Source of the DNA: an uncultured Nitrospiraceae bacterium
Lineage (GTDB): Bacteria; Hydrogenedentota; Hydrogenedentia; Hydrogenedentales; SLHB01
DNA: 64,000 nt
Direction of reading: 5' to 3'
Assembly (NCBI GenBank): GCA_964493915.1
Contig: CAZBQH010000425.1
Coordinates: 121-64,120, forward strand
This document shows, piece after piece, positions 35,088 through 46,132 of the stretch. Under the pieces are notes generated by a model that worked only from the letters and a program-made list of their open reading frames with translations, was not told the DNA's origin and did no database searches. Numbering within the stretch: position 1 is the first letter of the stretch; each line of letters opens with the position of its first letter. The translations under genes and the position numbers were made by a program.

Positions 35088-35999
35088 TCAGCGGTTGAGT
35101 GCCGCAGCCATGGCCCGGGCAATGGCCCGGACGTGTTCGGGTCCTGAGCCGCAGCAGCCGCCGATAAACCGTGCACCGGCGACGAGCAACTCGTCGACTA
35201 CTCCGGCGAAGACCTCCGGAGTGGCTCGATAGACCGTGTTGCCTTGGGCGTCCAACTCTGCTCTGCCGGCGTTGCCCTTGACCCAAAGGGGCAAGTCAAT
35301 GCCGCAGGAGGCAAACTGCTCTGCAATAGCCACAAAGGTCGTAATGCCTGCGCCGCAGTTAGCGCCGACAAAGGCAGCCCCGCTGTCTCTGGCGAAAGCG
35401 CAGACCTGCGGAATACTCACGCCCATCATGGTAAAGTCGTTGTGTTCTCCAGAGTCGAAGGTGAAGGACACGCCGACCGGCACATCGGATGCGCGGAGAC
35501 AGCCGCGCAGCGTCGCTTCAGCTTCAACGAGATCGCTTTGCGTTTCGATAACGATGGCGTCTACGCCGCCCTCGGCGAGGGCCGCCGCCTGTTCCGCTGC
35601 TGATTCCTCGACTTCTTCGGGCGCGACGTCGCCCATCATGACAACCTTCCCGCAGGGGCCGATTGAACCGAAGACATAGGTTTTCCCTGCAGAGGCGCGC
35701 TTCGAGATCTCGGCGCCGGCTGTAGAAAGGGCAGCAGCTTTGTCAGCGAGACCGTGTCTTGTCAAGGCGATCCGGTTGCTGTTGAACGTGTTGGTAAGGA
35801 TGATCTGGGCGCCGGCGTCGACGTAACGCTTGGCCACTGTAAAGACCTTGTCGGGCTCGTCGAGATTCCACGTGTCGCACATCTCACCGGGCTCGGCGCC
35901 GTATTTCAGCATCTCGGTGCCCCAAGCCCCGTCGGTACACAGGGGCGGCAGTTCTTTCAGGTTGTCTCTTGTAAGTTTCACGTTCGGGTCGAATTCCAT
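35088..35999 (-). CDS. Homocysteine S-methyltransferase family protein.
   Basis: The GGCCGSGP motif is present, and the length and pattern match the Hcy-binding (S-methyl_trans) domain. Confidence 0.65.
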   Translation of the reverse strand: MEFDPNVKLTRDNLKELPPLCTDGAWGTEMLKYGAEPGEMCDTWNLDEPDKVFTVAKRYVDAGAQIILTNTFNSNRIALTRHGLADKAAALSTAGAEISKRASAGKTYVFGSIGPCGKVVMMGDVAPEEVEESAAEQAAALAEGGVDAIVIETQSDLVEAEATLRGCLRASDVPVGVSFTFDSGEHNDFTMMGVSIPQVCAFARDSGAAFVGANCGAGITTFVAIAEQFASCGIDLPLWVKGNAGRAELDAQGNTVYRATPEVFAGVVDELLVAGARFIGGCCGSGPEHVRAIARAMAAALNR

Positions 36000-36177
36000 G
36001 GGGCTGTTCTCCTTTCCTCAAGAATGTGTCCGCAGATGACGCAGATGAAGGCAGATAAAGAATTGAGGAGGCGCGAAAGCTGAAGGTTGCTTTCACTGGG
36101 GCTCATTCTTCATTCCTGAAACCTTCTTTGCGATAGTCTGCGCAATTTGTGGATGATGTCTTACCCCTCTTTTCCAG

Positions 36178-37206
36178 TCAGCCCTCCGCGAGGAGGGAGT
36201 TAACTTTAGCCAGCACTTCGAAGGCGTCGGCAACGTAGAGGACATCGGCCTTGCCATGGGCCCAGCCGCAGTTCGGGTCGAGATTGATGGCGCGGCGTTC
36301 GTTGACGAAGCGCCAGCCTACGACATGGGGCTCCTCGCCGTGGCAGCACGTGGCCAGTCCTTTTGGATGACGCGGCGTCGATCCGGTCTGCCCTACTTGG
36401 TTGAGATGGGTCATGAACGGCAGGACCGCTTGGCCCTCACTAGTCAGGTCCACCATGGACTTGCTCCCTCCGAGGGACGCCTTGGTATGGCCGAGGAAAT
36501 CGAGGATGAGCTCAGCCGCCTTGTCTACGTGGGCTTGGCCGTCCGCCTGTTTCTTAGTCCAACCGGCGCCGGCCACGAGGAGGAGCTCCGCCTCGGGGCG
36601 AATGGTTTGTGTACCCGTGTCCGGGGTCTGGAACCCCTGGACGCGCGTCCGTGCGGACGCGGGAAGCGCGACGCGTGCCAGCTCGACGTTCACCTCAGCC
36701 GACTCGCCTTGCCACGGCGCATACGTGCCTGGGTCAATGGCCAGCAGCCACGGCCGCTGCTGGCGCTGGATGCTCGCAAGCATGCGTTGGCGGTAGTACC
36801 AGCGCGACGCTGCCACCCGGTTGTTTTCCGCGCCTACTCTGGTGATGTGCAGGTCCGCGGCCCCGCCCAGACGATGGCCGACGCCTGCCAGCACCCGGTT
36901 GACCCGCGACGTGCCCGGCGCGACAACGATCGTCGCTTCTGCTGCTCTGCATAAGGCTTCCGCCGCTGCCGCGTCCGCAGCGTAGCGCGCCTCAGCGAAG
37001 TCAGGGCCAGCGACGCCGAGGATGCGTTGCGCGCCGCAATGAGCTATCGATTCTGCAGCCGGCCGGACGTTTTCTCCGATGAGTGCGGCTGTCATCGCGC
37101 CGCCTGCAGCACCCTGCAGTTCCTTTGCGGCGCCCAAGGCTTCGAGAGCCGGTTTGGGCAGTTTGCCGTCTGCTTCCGTATATGCCAGAAAGAGGATCGT
37201 TTCCAT
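36178..37206 (-). CDS. etfA: Electron transfer flavoprotein alpha subunit.
   Basis: The C-terminal FAD-binding region reads AINLDPNCGWAHGKADVLYVADAFEVL. It is adjacent to etfB. Confidence 0.75.
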   Translation of the reverse strand: METILFLAYTEADGKLPKPALEALGAAKELQGAAGGAMTAALIGENVRPAAESIAHCGAQRILGVAGPDFAEARYAADAAAAEALCRAAEATIVVAPGTSRVNRVLAGVGHRLGGAADLHITRVGAENNRVAASRWYYRQRMLASIQRQQRPWLLAIDPGTYAPWQGESAEVNVELARVALPASARTRVQGFQTPDTGTQTIRPEAELLLVAGAGWTKKQADGQAHVDKAAELILDFLGHTKASLGGSKSMVDLTSEGQAVLPFMTHLNQVGQTGSTPRHPKGLATCCHGEEPHVVGWRFVNERRAINLDPNCGWAHGKADVLYVADAFEVLAKVNSLLAEG

Positions 37207-37265
37207 AGTTCACATCCTTGCCGGTTGTTGTGGGCCGCCGCAAAACGGCCGTTTTTCTGCCGCGC

Positions 37266-38078
37266 TCAGGCTTTCCTGATCCACTCGACGATATCGCGGG
37301 CCATCTCGTCGGAAGTGGCGTCTTTTTCGATGCGCGTCTCGCGCCGCTGTTTGGGGAGCTCGACGCTCAGGAAAGTCAGGTCCGAGCCGTCGGCTTTGGC
37401 GGGACGCGCCTTCTGCAAGGCCGGCATGACGGTCCGCATGTTGATCATGCCCACTTGAGGGTTGTTGGGCGGCTCGGGCAGGTTCCCCGTGGCCCAGCCA
37501 AGGACGGCAGGGGGACCCACGCACAGCGAGACCTGGTGGCGCCCCCCCTCGACGCGTTCGAGTATGCGCAAGCTGCCGTCGCTCTGGACGGTCAGCTCGT
37601 CTACGCCTTGGAATTGATCGACAATACCGAGACGTTCGCCGACTATCTGGAGGGTCGCGCCGGCGCCGCGCGAGGCCGATTCCCAGCCTCCGAACAGCAG
37701 TACGCGGGCCATATCGAGCCCGGGAATGGCCTGGATGGCTTCGGCGAGGACCGCGGCTACGCCGGCCGCGTCGGTGAACCCGCTGGACGGTCCATCTATG
37801 GCGACCAACTCGAAAGGCGCTTTCTGGGCGATGGTCATCATTACTTGCTGGAGCTTGGCTTTGGGCGCCATCGAGACGAGGTAGACCTTGCTGTTGGGCA
37901 TGTTTTTGGCCGCGTTCGCCGCCTCGAAGAGAGCGTGGCTTGCCCACGGGTCGAGCACGGCCGGCAACATCATCTCATTTTTAAGCGTTGGGCCTTGAGG
38001 GCCTGTTACAGGCTCGAGGGTCTGAAGGGGGTCCGGCACAATCCCGGCGCATACCACAATCTGATATCCATCGCTCAT
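37266..38078 (-). CDS. etfB: Electron transfer flavoprotein beta subunit.
   Basis: EtfB-like sequence of about 270 aa lies upstream of etfA. Confidence 0.7.
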   Translation of the reverse strand: MSDGYQIVVCAGIVPDPLQTLEPVTGPQGPTLKNEMMLPAVLDPWASHALFEAANAAKNMPNSKVYLVSMAPKAKLQQVMMTIAQKAPFELVAIDGPSSGFTDAAGVAAVLAEAIQAIPGLDMARVLLFGGWESASRGAGATLQIVGERLGIVDQFQGVDELTVQSDGSLRILERVEGGRHQVSLCVGPPAVLGWATGNLPEPPNNPQVGMINMRTVMPALQKARPAKADGSDLTFLSVELPKQRRETRIEKDATSDEMARDIVEWIRKA

Positions 38079-38467
38079 CAGAAATACCTCTCGTTCTTCG
38101 TGAATCTCGCCGCCTTGGATAGAATGCCGATTATACGGATCCTGCTCCCGCTATCCAAAGCCGGAGCATAATGGAGAAAACCGTCTGCAGATTGCGCAGT
38201 TCGATGCAGATAGGAAGGGAAGACGCATGTCGAGAACAGAAGAGACAAATAGCTGTCAGGCAAGGCATGGGCCTGCGCGTCAACGCCCGGACTCTCGGGG
38301 AACGCACCTTCCCGGCGGCGACGCCATCCGGTATCTTAACACCCAGCATTTCCTCAATGTGCATCCCTCTGCGTGATCTGCAGACGAACGGTCCCCTTGA
38401 CGCGTCCAACAGTATGCGCTAGATTTTCGTTCTGGCGGGGAACGACTCACTAAAGGAGGAGGGAGCC

Positions 38468-39859
38468 GTGGAATATCGCGTCGAGCGCGACAGCATGGGC
38501 GAGATGCGCGTGCCGAGTCAAGTCTATTACGGGTGCCAGACGGCTCGCTCGCTCGTAAACTTCAATATCGGAGAGGAGCGCATCCCGCGCGAGGTCATCC
38601 GCGCCCTGGGCCTGCTCAAGAAGGCCGCTGCTCTGGCTAACAACGAGTTGGGTTTGTTGTCTGACAGTCTGTGCAAAGTCATCTGCCAGGCCGCCGACGA
38701 AGTGATCGAGGGAAAGCTGGACGGCCATTTCCCGCTCTCAGTGTGGCAGACGGGAAGCGGAACGCAGACCAACATGAATGTGAACGAGGTGATTGCAAAC
38801 CGCGCCATCGAGCTGCTCGGGGGCCAACTCGGGAGCAAAACGCCCGTCCATCCCAATGACCACGTCAACATGTCGCAGTCGTCAAACGACGTATTTCCCA
38901 CCGCTATGAACATTGCGGCGGTCGTGCAAATCCAACAGGCGCTCCTTCCGGCCATGCGAAAACTGCGCGATGCGCTGGCGCAAAAAGCCGGAGCGTTCGC
39001 CGACATCATCAAAATCGGGCGGACGCACCTCATGGATGCGGTGCCGCTAACGCTCGGACAGGAGTTCTCGGGCTATGCGCAGCAGATGACGAACGGCATC
39101 GAGCGGGTTCAGTTGGTCCTTCCCAAGCTTAAGGAACTGGCCGTCGGCGGCACGGCGGTCGGGACGGGGCTCAATACGAAAGAAGGCTATGCCGATCTTG
39201 CGGCGGCGAAGATCAACGAGCTAACCGGTCTTGATTTCGTGTCCGCTCCAAACAAATTCGAGGCCTTAGCGGCGCATGATGCCGTCGTTATGGCGTCGGG
39301 CGCGCTCAAGACTGTCGCATGCAGCCTGATGAAGATCGCCAACGACATCCGTTGGCTCGCGAGCGGGCCCCGCTGCGGTCTGGGCGAAATCGCTCTGCCC
39401 GAAAACGAGCCGGGATCGTCGATCATGCCGGGCAAGGTGAACCCTACCCAGTGCGAGGCCGCGACGATGGCCGCTGCTCAGGTCATCGGCAACGACACGA
39501 CGATAGCCGTCGCAGGAGCGTCGGGCAACTTCGAACTTAACGTATTCAAGCCGGTCATTATCTACAATCTGCTCCAGTCGATTCGTCTCATTGCAGACGT
39601 GTGCAGATCTTTCACCGATTACTGCGTCGCCGGCATTACGGCCAACCGTCAGCGGATCGAGAAGCTTCTCCACGAATCGCTCATGCTCGTCACCGCGCTC
39701 AACCAGAAGATCGGCTATGACAAGGCTGCCGAGATCGCGAAGGCCGCTCACGCCAATGGAACCACGCTCAAAGAAGAGGCACTGAAGAGCGGGTACCTTA
39801 CGGCGGGTGAATTCGATGCCGCGACGGACCCGGGAAAGATGATTGGGCCGTCGAAATAG
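38468..39859 (+). CDS. fumC: Class II fumarate hydratase.
   Basis: The [16 protein letters not shown] signature of the fumarase/aspartase family is present. It is 463 aa. Confidence 0.85.
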   Translation: MEYRVERDSMGEMRVPSQVYYGCQTARSLVNFNIGEERIPREVIRALGLLKKAAALANNELGLLSDSLCKVICQAADEVIEGKLDGHFPLSVWQTGSGTQTNMNVNEVIANRAIELLGGQLGSKTPVHPNDHVNMSQSSNDVFPTAMNIAAVVQIQQALLPAMRKLRDALAQKAGAFADIIKIGRTHLMDAVPLTLGQEFSGYAQQMTNGIERVQLVLPKLKELAVGGTAVGTGLNTKEGYADLAAAKINELTGLDFVSAPNKFEALAAHDAVVMASGALKTVACSLMKIANDIRWLASGPRCGLGEIALPENEPGSSIMPGKVNPTQCEAATMAAAQVIGNDTTIAVAGASGNFELNVFKPVIIYNLLQSIRLIADVCRSFTDYCVAGITANRQRIEKLLHESLMLVTALNQKIGYDKAAEIAKAAHANGTTLKEEALKSGYLTAGEFDAATDPGKMIGPSK

Positions 39860-40092
39860 CAGGGAACGGCATTGTTCAGGGCGGAAAATGGCGTATCGGA
39901 ACTTGGCATGGCCGTCATTGCGCCGTTGGGGTCGTCATCATGAGGAGGGAGTATGACACGTCCGCTTTGCATTCTCGCAGCGGCTCTCAATCTTCGCGGA
40001 GTGGCGAAGCACGAACGCTCGAACGCTGCGGCCAAGCTGTACGGATCCCTGTGTTGGGATCATAGCTTCAGCAACTGGGCGGTCCCTGTATC

Positions 40093-40821
40093 ATGAAGGT
40101 CCACCTTGTCGAGGGAGAAGGAGGCTGTCGCTACGCAGTCGAACACGACTGCGTAGCGGTGATTATAGATGCGCTGCGTGCCAGCGTAACCGCTGCGATG
40201 TTGTTCGACGCGGGTTGTGCAGGAATTATCGTCGTGAGCGAGGTCGAGCAGGCCTTTGCCTTGCGCAAGGCATACCCCGAGGCCTTGCTCTTCGGCGAGC
40301 GCGGCGGGTTCGCACCGGACGGCTTTGACTTCGGCAACAGTCCGCGCAATGTGTCCGCGGCGCGGGGCCGGTGCGTGATTCTCACCACGACGACAGGGGC
40401 GGGCCGTACAGTGCAAAGCTGGGGCGCGCGAGCGGTGTACGTTGGGTCGACCGTCAATATGAGCGCGTTGGCCGCAGCGGCCGTCTCACACGGCCGTGAC
40501 GTCGTGCTTGTGCCGGCCGGTCTGATGGGCGACCCCGGGTTTGATGCGCAAGAGGACTGGGTTGCGGCTTGCGCGATAGCCGGGAAGCTTGGTCTGCCGA
40601 TCGGGCAGGGGGCCGGCCGTTTCGGTTACTGGCGCCGCCGGATCCGGCAAGAAGGGATCCCTGCGCTTTTTGTTACTGCGCCCCACGCGGCGAAACTCGA
40701 TGCGGCGGGATTCAGCGCAGATGTCGCCTATTGCGCCGAGACGGACTTGACAGACGCAGTTCCCGTGGCTGTGGAACGGAGCGGACCAGGGGTCGTTCTG
40801 CGCGACGTCAGGCGCCTTTGA
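40093..40821 (+). CDS. 2-phosphosulfolactate phosphatase (ComB) family protein.
   Basis: The motifs VVIDALRAS, LFGERGG, GFDFGNSP and VILTTTTG match the pattern of this family. Confidence 0.5.
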   Translation: MKVHLVEGEGGCRYAVEHDCVAVIIDALRASVTAAMLFDAGCAGIIVVSEVEQAFALRKAYPEALLFGERGGFAPDGFDFGNSPRNVSAARGRCVILTTTTGAGRTVQSWGARAVYVGSTVNMSALAAAAVSHGRDVVLVPAGLMGDPGFDAQEDWVAACAIAGKLGLPIGQGAGRFGYWRRRIRQEGIPALFVTAPHAAKLDAAGFSADVAYCAETDLTDAVPVAVERSGPGVVLRDVRRL

Positions 40822-42841
40822 GCCGTTTTTGGGCGATCGCGCGGCGTACCCGCTGCACCCCAGGATCGTTGCTTGGCGCCCCCAGGATCCCTCCCTTGCC
40901 GTCGGCGATGCCGATTACCCGGGTGGGATGGCGTACGCTGTCGACGATAACGTCGCCTTTCCGCCCGATAAGCCCGCCGGCCACCACGCTGACTCCGTCC
41001 CATGCCTCGCGGCCCATATGTTGTTCAACGAGCTTTCTCATGCCAATCAGTTCGAGGGCGGAAGCAGCCAGGCTTGGGCGCATGTCCACGCGCACCACGC
41101 GGACTCCGCGCACTTCTGCAGCAGGCGTCGCATCGGGTTCCAGCGAGCCGATCCCGCCGTCATAGAGCAACGCCCCGCTCGCCATGCGCGCCACAAGATC
41201 CGGCCCAACGCAGGGACGCCGGGGCGAAAGCGAGACGAGTGCGTCGACGTCCGCGACGGCTTCATCCAAACGTGCAAAGGCGATCCGGCCGGGACCGGTG
41301 CGGGCGTCAAGTTTGTACGCATCCTTTTCGAGCTCGGCGTCGAGCCGGACCAGCGCCCCCGCTTCAGCGAACGACAAGGCTGCACGGACGGCTAACGGCG
41401 GCACGCCGGTGAGCGCCACCTTGCGTCCGTCAACTGTTCCTCCCAGCAGAATGGCAACGTGACTGACTGTTGCTCTGGCCCACATCTCATGGTCCAGATA
41501 ACGCAACAAGCGGGTCCGTGTAAGGGCGTTCTCCGGAACCTCGTGACCGCCGGCATCGAGCAGGACATAGTCGATCAGCCCGTCGGCGGCGCGCAATACG
41601 TTTTCGAGCAGATCTGCCTCGGCCAGCATGATGTTTGTCATGGCGCAGCCGTAGTTGGTGTCGCAGAACGGGGATACGCGCGTCATTTCGTAAGGCGTGA
41701 CGACCACGTTGAGAACCGACGGATAGCCCGATTTGCAGGCCTTCTCCCGCAGCTCGAGGATGCGTGCGCGGACTTGTTCGTCGAAGCAGGCAGGGGTCTC
41801 GGCAGTTGTCGCGGCGATATCCACGCGCACCCCCTGGCGGGGCTCATCGGCCGCGATTTGGGCCGCCAGTTCCTCGATGAGCGCGGCGGGGGCCTCGACC
41901 TGGTCGTGTTCCCCGAGCCGCAGGATGAGGTCGCGCGGGTCAATGCCGAATCCTGTGGCGGCCTTCATAATGCGTGCCAGGAATGAGGAGTGGAACTTCG
42001 CGCGTCCCGCGGTGATCCCGATCGGCGTGTGTCGCGCTTCGCGCAGCAACGGCCTGATAAACGCCTCGCTGATATCGAGCAGTCCATTGACGTCGAGACC
42101 TGGCAGCAGACCCCGCTTTTGCAGGATGGCTGCCAGGACTTCGGTCACGGCGTTGCCCTCCGAGCGGCCCATGCCCTGCAGGGAAGCGTCAAGCACCGAA
42201 GCGCCTGCTGAGAGGGCCTCGAGCGTATTGGCTACGGCCATGCATAGATTGTCGTGGCCATGGAAACCCAAGGCGGCGGTGCAACGGCTGCGCCCTTCAT
42301 GAAGGTAGGAGCGGACGTCCTCCGGCAACATCCCGCCGGCGCTGTCCACAAGGCAGACGACATCTGCGCCGCAGGAGGCGGCCTCGCGGGCCTTTTCCGC
42401 CCATGCCTTGGGGGGCAGGGCATAGGATTTCATGAGGTTGCTCCACACCCTAAAGCCTAGCTTCTTGGCAAGGGCAATGAAGGGCGCCCCTTGCTCCAAC
42501 TCCGTGACATTCGTGCCAATGCGCACGAATCCCATGCCGCAATCGCGGGCCATGCGCAGGTCGTCTTCCGCGGCAATTCCAGGGATGAAAAACGTGCCAA
42601 AACGGGCCTTGCGCAATACGCCGGCGGCCGCTTTGAGATAAGCGGCGTCGGGCGCCGGTTGGTCGCCTTTGCCGGCACGGGCGCCTCCAAGTCCAACACC
42701 GTGGCCAATTTCGATCAGGCGGATGCCCGCCGACTCGAGCGCCGAGGCGATGAGAGCGGTGTCTTCGGGTGTGAACTGGAAATCGATTGCGTACGATCCA
42801 TCGCGCAGGGTCGTGTCGAGAATCTGAACTGTGTGTTCCAT
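40808..42841 (-). CDS. HMGL-like (pyruvate carboxyltransferase or 4-hydroxy-2-oxovalerate aldolase-type) TIM-barrel domain fused to an uncharacterised C-terminal domain of about 330 aa.
   Basis: The N-terminus ILDTTLRDGSYAIDFQFT is DmpG-like. The C-terminal half is unassigned. Confidence 0.55.
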   Translation of the reverse strand: MEHTVQILDTTLRDGSYAIDFQFTPEDTALIASALESAGIRLIEIGHGVGLGGARAGKGDQPAPDAAYLKAAAGVLRKARFGTFFIPGIAAEDDLRMARDCGMGFVRIGTNVTELEQGAPFIALAKKLGFRVWSNLMKSYALPPKAWAEKAREAASCGADVVCLVDSAGGMLPEDVRSYLHEGRSRCTAALGFHGHDNLCMAVANTLEALSAGASVLDASLQGMGRSEGNAVTEVLAAILQKRGLLPGLDVNGLLDISEAFIRPLLREARHTPIGITAGRAKFHSSFLARIMKAATGFGIDPRDLILRLGEHDQVEAPAALIEELAAQIAADEPRQGVRVDIAATTAETPACFDEQVRARILELREKACKSGYPSVLNVVVTPYEMTRVSPFCDTNYGCAMTNIMLAEADLLENVLRAADGLIDYVLLDAGGHEVPENALTRTRLLRYLDHEMWARATVSHVAILLGGTVDGRKVALTGVPPLAVRAALSFAEAGALVRLDAELEKDAYKLDARTGPGRIAFARLDEAVADVDALVSLSPRRPCVGPDLVARMASGALLYDGGIGSLEPDATPAAEVRGVRVVRVDMRPSLAASALELIGMRKLVEQHMGREAWDGVSVVAGGLIGRKGDVIVDSVRHPTRVIGIADGKGGILGAPSNDPGVQRVRRAIAQKRLKGA

Positions 42842-43022
42842 GGCTGAGGGATCTTACACTAACCATGCCGAGAGACCCAATACCTTGACCTTGCGCCGAC
42901 AAAGCTAGGGAATCTTCCATGAAGGCGAAACGTTGACAGAAGAACTGGAGTTTTTATAAGATGTTGGCTTGCTTTGGGTTGGGATGATCAGTCAGAGGTG
43001 TCTGAAGGAGGAATCCAACACA

Positions 43023-43388
43023 ATGTTTGAGGTTGTGGTGTTGATGATTCTATCGCAGCAACCCCCTGTACCTGTTGCGGAAGGCGTCGCTTCGTATTAC
43101 ACGGTTGCAAGCAGCAGTACGCTGACGGCTTCGGGCGAGCGGCTGCATGATAACGAGTTAACCTGTGCGCTCCCAAAGGGCGAGTTCGGCAATTACTACC
43201 TGGTTGTTGCGGAGAATGGGCGCTCGGTCGTTGTCCGTTGTAACGATAGGGGGCCCTATGTAAAACGGCGGGTTATCGACCTGTCGCGCGCGGCCATGAG
43301 AAAACTCAGTGCAACGGCGGGTACGCTGAAGGTTAAGATCTACCACCTGGGTCATGAACGGCCGCCAAACATGGCTTATCGGGACTAA
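43023..43388 (+). CDS. rlpA: RlpA-like double-psi beta-barrel lipoprotein.
   Basis: GVASYYT...TASGE...NGRSVVVRCNDRGPYVKRRVIDLSRAAMRKL is present. Confidence 0.65.
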   Translation: MFEVVVLMILSQQPPVPVAEGVASYYTVASSSTLTASGERLHDNELTCALPKGEFGNYYLVVAENGRSVVVRCNDRGPYVKRRVIDLSRAAMRKLSATAGTLKVKIYHLGHERPPNMAYRD

Positions 43389-43459
43389 GGCCCAGGACGG
43401 CATTTACGGGCGGCGCCGGTTTTTCAGCGCCGCCCGTGCTCTGTTGCTCTAAGAGTTCG

Positions 43460-45925
43460 TCAATAGGCCGGAGGCTCGATCCGCTTTACGAAGGGGCGAT
43501 CGGCAATCCGTTCGAGGTCCTCGACGCGGACCCGAGCGAGGACCCGTTTGCTGGATCGGGCATGAGAGACGATTTTCACCCCTAGCGCACGCAGCTCATC
43601 GAGCCGCTCTTCCGAGTCGTCCTCAAGAGTGATGAAGACCTCGACCATGCCGTCGCGCACTCTCACGCGGCCTTCCGTGTAGCTTCCCTTAACGACCTTC
43701 GCGGCTAAGCCGCGGAGCGCCGGATGCAGTTTTCCTGCCTCTTTGTCGTCCGTCGAACTGGAACTGAGTTCCGGCGCGGGGGCCTCTTCGTCTTTGGAAG
43801 CCTGTGGCGGAGCGAACTGGCGGCTTTCCAGACTTTCGACAGCCGCCACGCCTCTTGCCTGCTGCTGCATGGCTTGCGGCGCCGCCATCGCTTTTCCAGC
43901 AGCTAGGCGGCCCATTACGGCGCCGCCCATGAAAGCGACAGCGTCGGTTTCATGGCCAAACACGCCCTCGTAGCTCACGCCGTCCGGCATCTCGACCGGG
44001 ACTTCGACTCGCTTGGTCTTGCCATTCTCGTTGATGATCTTTTCCTCGACCGCAACGAAGCTGGTGTATTGCGTGACCAGCCCGAACTCGATCCCGAGCT
44101 GCGTAACGGCCTTCTTGATGTCAGGGTCGGGTTTGCCCTGTTGGGCGCCGAGCCAGTCGCGCTCCATCAACCATGCGACGCGCTCGCGCGCCCATAACGG
44201 GGCCAGCACGTCATGTTCCGGCTCATCAGCCGGGAGCGACACCTCCACCTGCCTCTCGAAAAGGCCATGGGGCGTGTTGCCTCGCACCGTGATCACGCCC
44301 TCCGCTGCGTGGGCATAGCGCCCTTTCAACACCAGCGGATTTGCCGCGAAGAGGTCCGGCATCGCGCCTGGGTCAGGAAACACCTCCTCGACAGGCAGCC
44401 CGCCGAAGTCCACGCTGATATCGGTCAGGATGGGGCTTTGGATGCGTTCATGAAACCGTTTCGCCGCTGCGTCTGCGCCGGACTCGAGCGAGACGATCTC
44501 CGCATGCCCGCGGCCGGTCCGGGCCATGCCTTCGATAAGGAAACGGTTTACGCTGTTGCCGATGCCGAAGGAGAAGACGCGGGCAGTGCCTGCGTTTTTC
44601 TGAATCGCATCGAGGATGGCCATGTCGTTGCCGATGTAGCCGTCCGTCATGAAGCAGACGATGCGCAGGCGCTGGGGGTCCGGGGCGCCTCCCAAGGCTG
44701 CGTGGATGGCCGGCATCATCTGCGTGCCGCCGCTGCCCTCGAGCTTGTCCAAGTAATCCAGGGCTTTCCGGCGGTTCTTGTCGGTGTTGGGAACGGCGTC
44801 CGGGAACGCATAGCCGAGTCCGCCAGAAAACGAGACGAGGTTGAAGGTGTCTTGTGGATTCATGCCCTCAATGCAGAGCCGCATGGTCTTTTTCGCCTTT
44901 TCGATGGGAAAACCGCGCATTGAACCGCTGCAGTCGATGACGAAGATCATCTCTTTGGGCGCAATGCCATCCGGCGCGACCCGCGCAGGCGGCTGCATGA
45001 TCAATGTGAAGAAACCGCCTTTTTCGGCCTTATGCGTTAACACGGCGTCTACGATCGTGTTGCTTGCCACGGCGTAGTGGAGCACAAAATCGCGGTTAGG
45101 GATGGTCGCCTTGTCCGTAAGCTGTGCAATAGCCGTTGTGTCGCTGGGACGTTCGATGTCCACCTCGTGAAGATCCGATTCGATGCTTTGGATGGGCGCC
45201 CCGGCATCAATGCGCACGGCTAACGACACATCATGGCCCGCACGCGTGCCCTCAGGCGTGACAGGCGGGGTGATGCGGCCTGCGTCCGGCACTTCGTCCG
45301 TGCCGCCACGCTCGGGAGCGGGGGCAATCATGGGCCCGACAGGCTTCTGCGAGTCCGGCGTTCCCGGTATAAAGCGCGGGCCGACGACCATAGGGAATGA
45401 GAAGGCATATTCCCCCTCTTCGTACTTGAGGTACTCAACATAAGAGATGGTGATCGAGATGCTGTCGCCGGGCATGATATTTGCCACCGACTGTGTGAAG
45501 ATATTGGGGCGCTCCTGGTCGAGCAGGCTGGCGGCCTTGCCCGCTTCGCGCGCGGCCTCGTAGATGCGCCTGGCCTCCTCACGTTCCTTCACAACGCCCT
45601 TTATCGTGCGATCGCCGATTTTCATCAGCATCGCGTCTACGGCGGCGCGTTCGGACAGGGGAAACGTGTAGATGGCCTCGATGGGCTCGAGGAACGGGTT
45701 GTCGAACTGCTGGGTCAGGGTGACGCGCGCGATAAAACCCGCAATATCGACCTCGACGCTTGTGTGTTTGAGGGGGCACTCCCCAACAGGCTGCATGTCC
45801 TTATCAAGGGCAAGCAGCCTGCCGGCCGCGGCGTCTTGAGCCCAAGCGGGCGCAGGGCCGTACGCCAGCATCACAACCAATGCGTAAGCCGCCGTCGCTA
45901 AGATCAACCATTTCACCAATCGCAT
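43460..45925 (-). CDS. Secreted protein containing VIT and vWA domains.
   Basis: A signal peptide is present. The vWA MIDAS motif reads FVIDCSGSM. The GGAGGG RBS favours the second ATG. Confidence 0.65.
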   Translation of the reverse strand: MRLVKWLILATAAYALVVMLAYGPAPAWAQDAAAGRLLALDKDMQPVGECPLKHTSVEVDIAGFIARVTLTQQFDNPFLEPIEAIYTFPLSERAAVDAMLMKIGDRTIKGVVKEREEARRIYEAAREAGKAASLLDQERPNIFTQSVANIMPGDSISITISYVEYLKYEEGEYAFSFPMVVGPRFIPGTPDSQKPVGPMIAPAPERGGTDEVPDAGRITPPVTPEGTRAGHDVSLAVRIDAGAPIQSIESDLHEVDIERPSDTTAIAQLTDKATIPNRDFVLHYAVASNTIVDAVLTHKAEKGGFFTLIMQPPARVAPDGIAPKEMIFVIDCSGSMRGFPIEKAKKTMRLCIEGMNPQDTFNLVSFSGGLGYAFPDAVPNTDKNRRKALDYLDKLEGSGGTQMMPAIHAALGGAPDPQRLRIVCFMTDGYIGNDMAILDAIQKNAGTARVFSFGIGNSVNRFLIEGMARTGRGHAEIVSLESGADAAAKRFHERIQSPILTDISVDFGGLPVEEVFPDPGAMPDLFAANPLVLKGRYAHAAEGVITVRGNTPHGLFERQVEVSLPADEPEHDVLAPLWARERVAWLMERDWLGAQQGKPDPDIKKAVTQLGIEFGLVTQYTSFVAVEEKIINENGKTKRVEVPVEMPDGVSYEGVFGHETDAVAFMGGAVMGRLAAGKAMAAPQAMQQQARGVAAVESLESRQFAPPQASKDEEAPAPELSSSSTDDKEAGKLHPALRGLAAKVVKGSYTEGRVRVRDGMVEVFITLEDDSEERLDELRALGVKIVSHARSSKRVLARVRVEDLERIADRPFVKRIEPPAY

Positions 45926-46132
45926 CGTTTTTCCCTCCAGTTTCACTTGATTCTCGCCACGTTGCGTTACTTCAGACACCAAGCTCGACCGTTTGTTCGC
46001 ACTTGCGCCTTATGCGAAGTCCAGTCATATTGATGGGACGTCAGAGGAAAACAACGAGGCGGCCGTTTTGTTGTTGCCCTCCGGGGAAAGGCTTGGTAAC
46101 ATGGCGACGATAGGGTAAGAGAGGAGAGAGAC

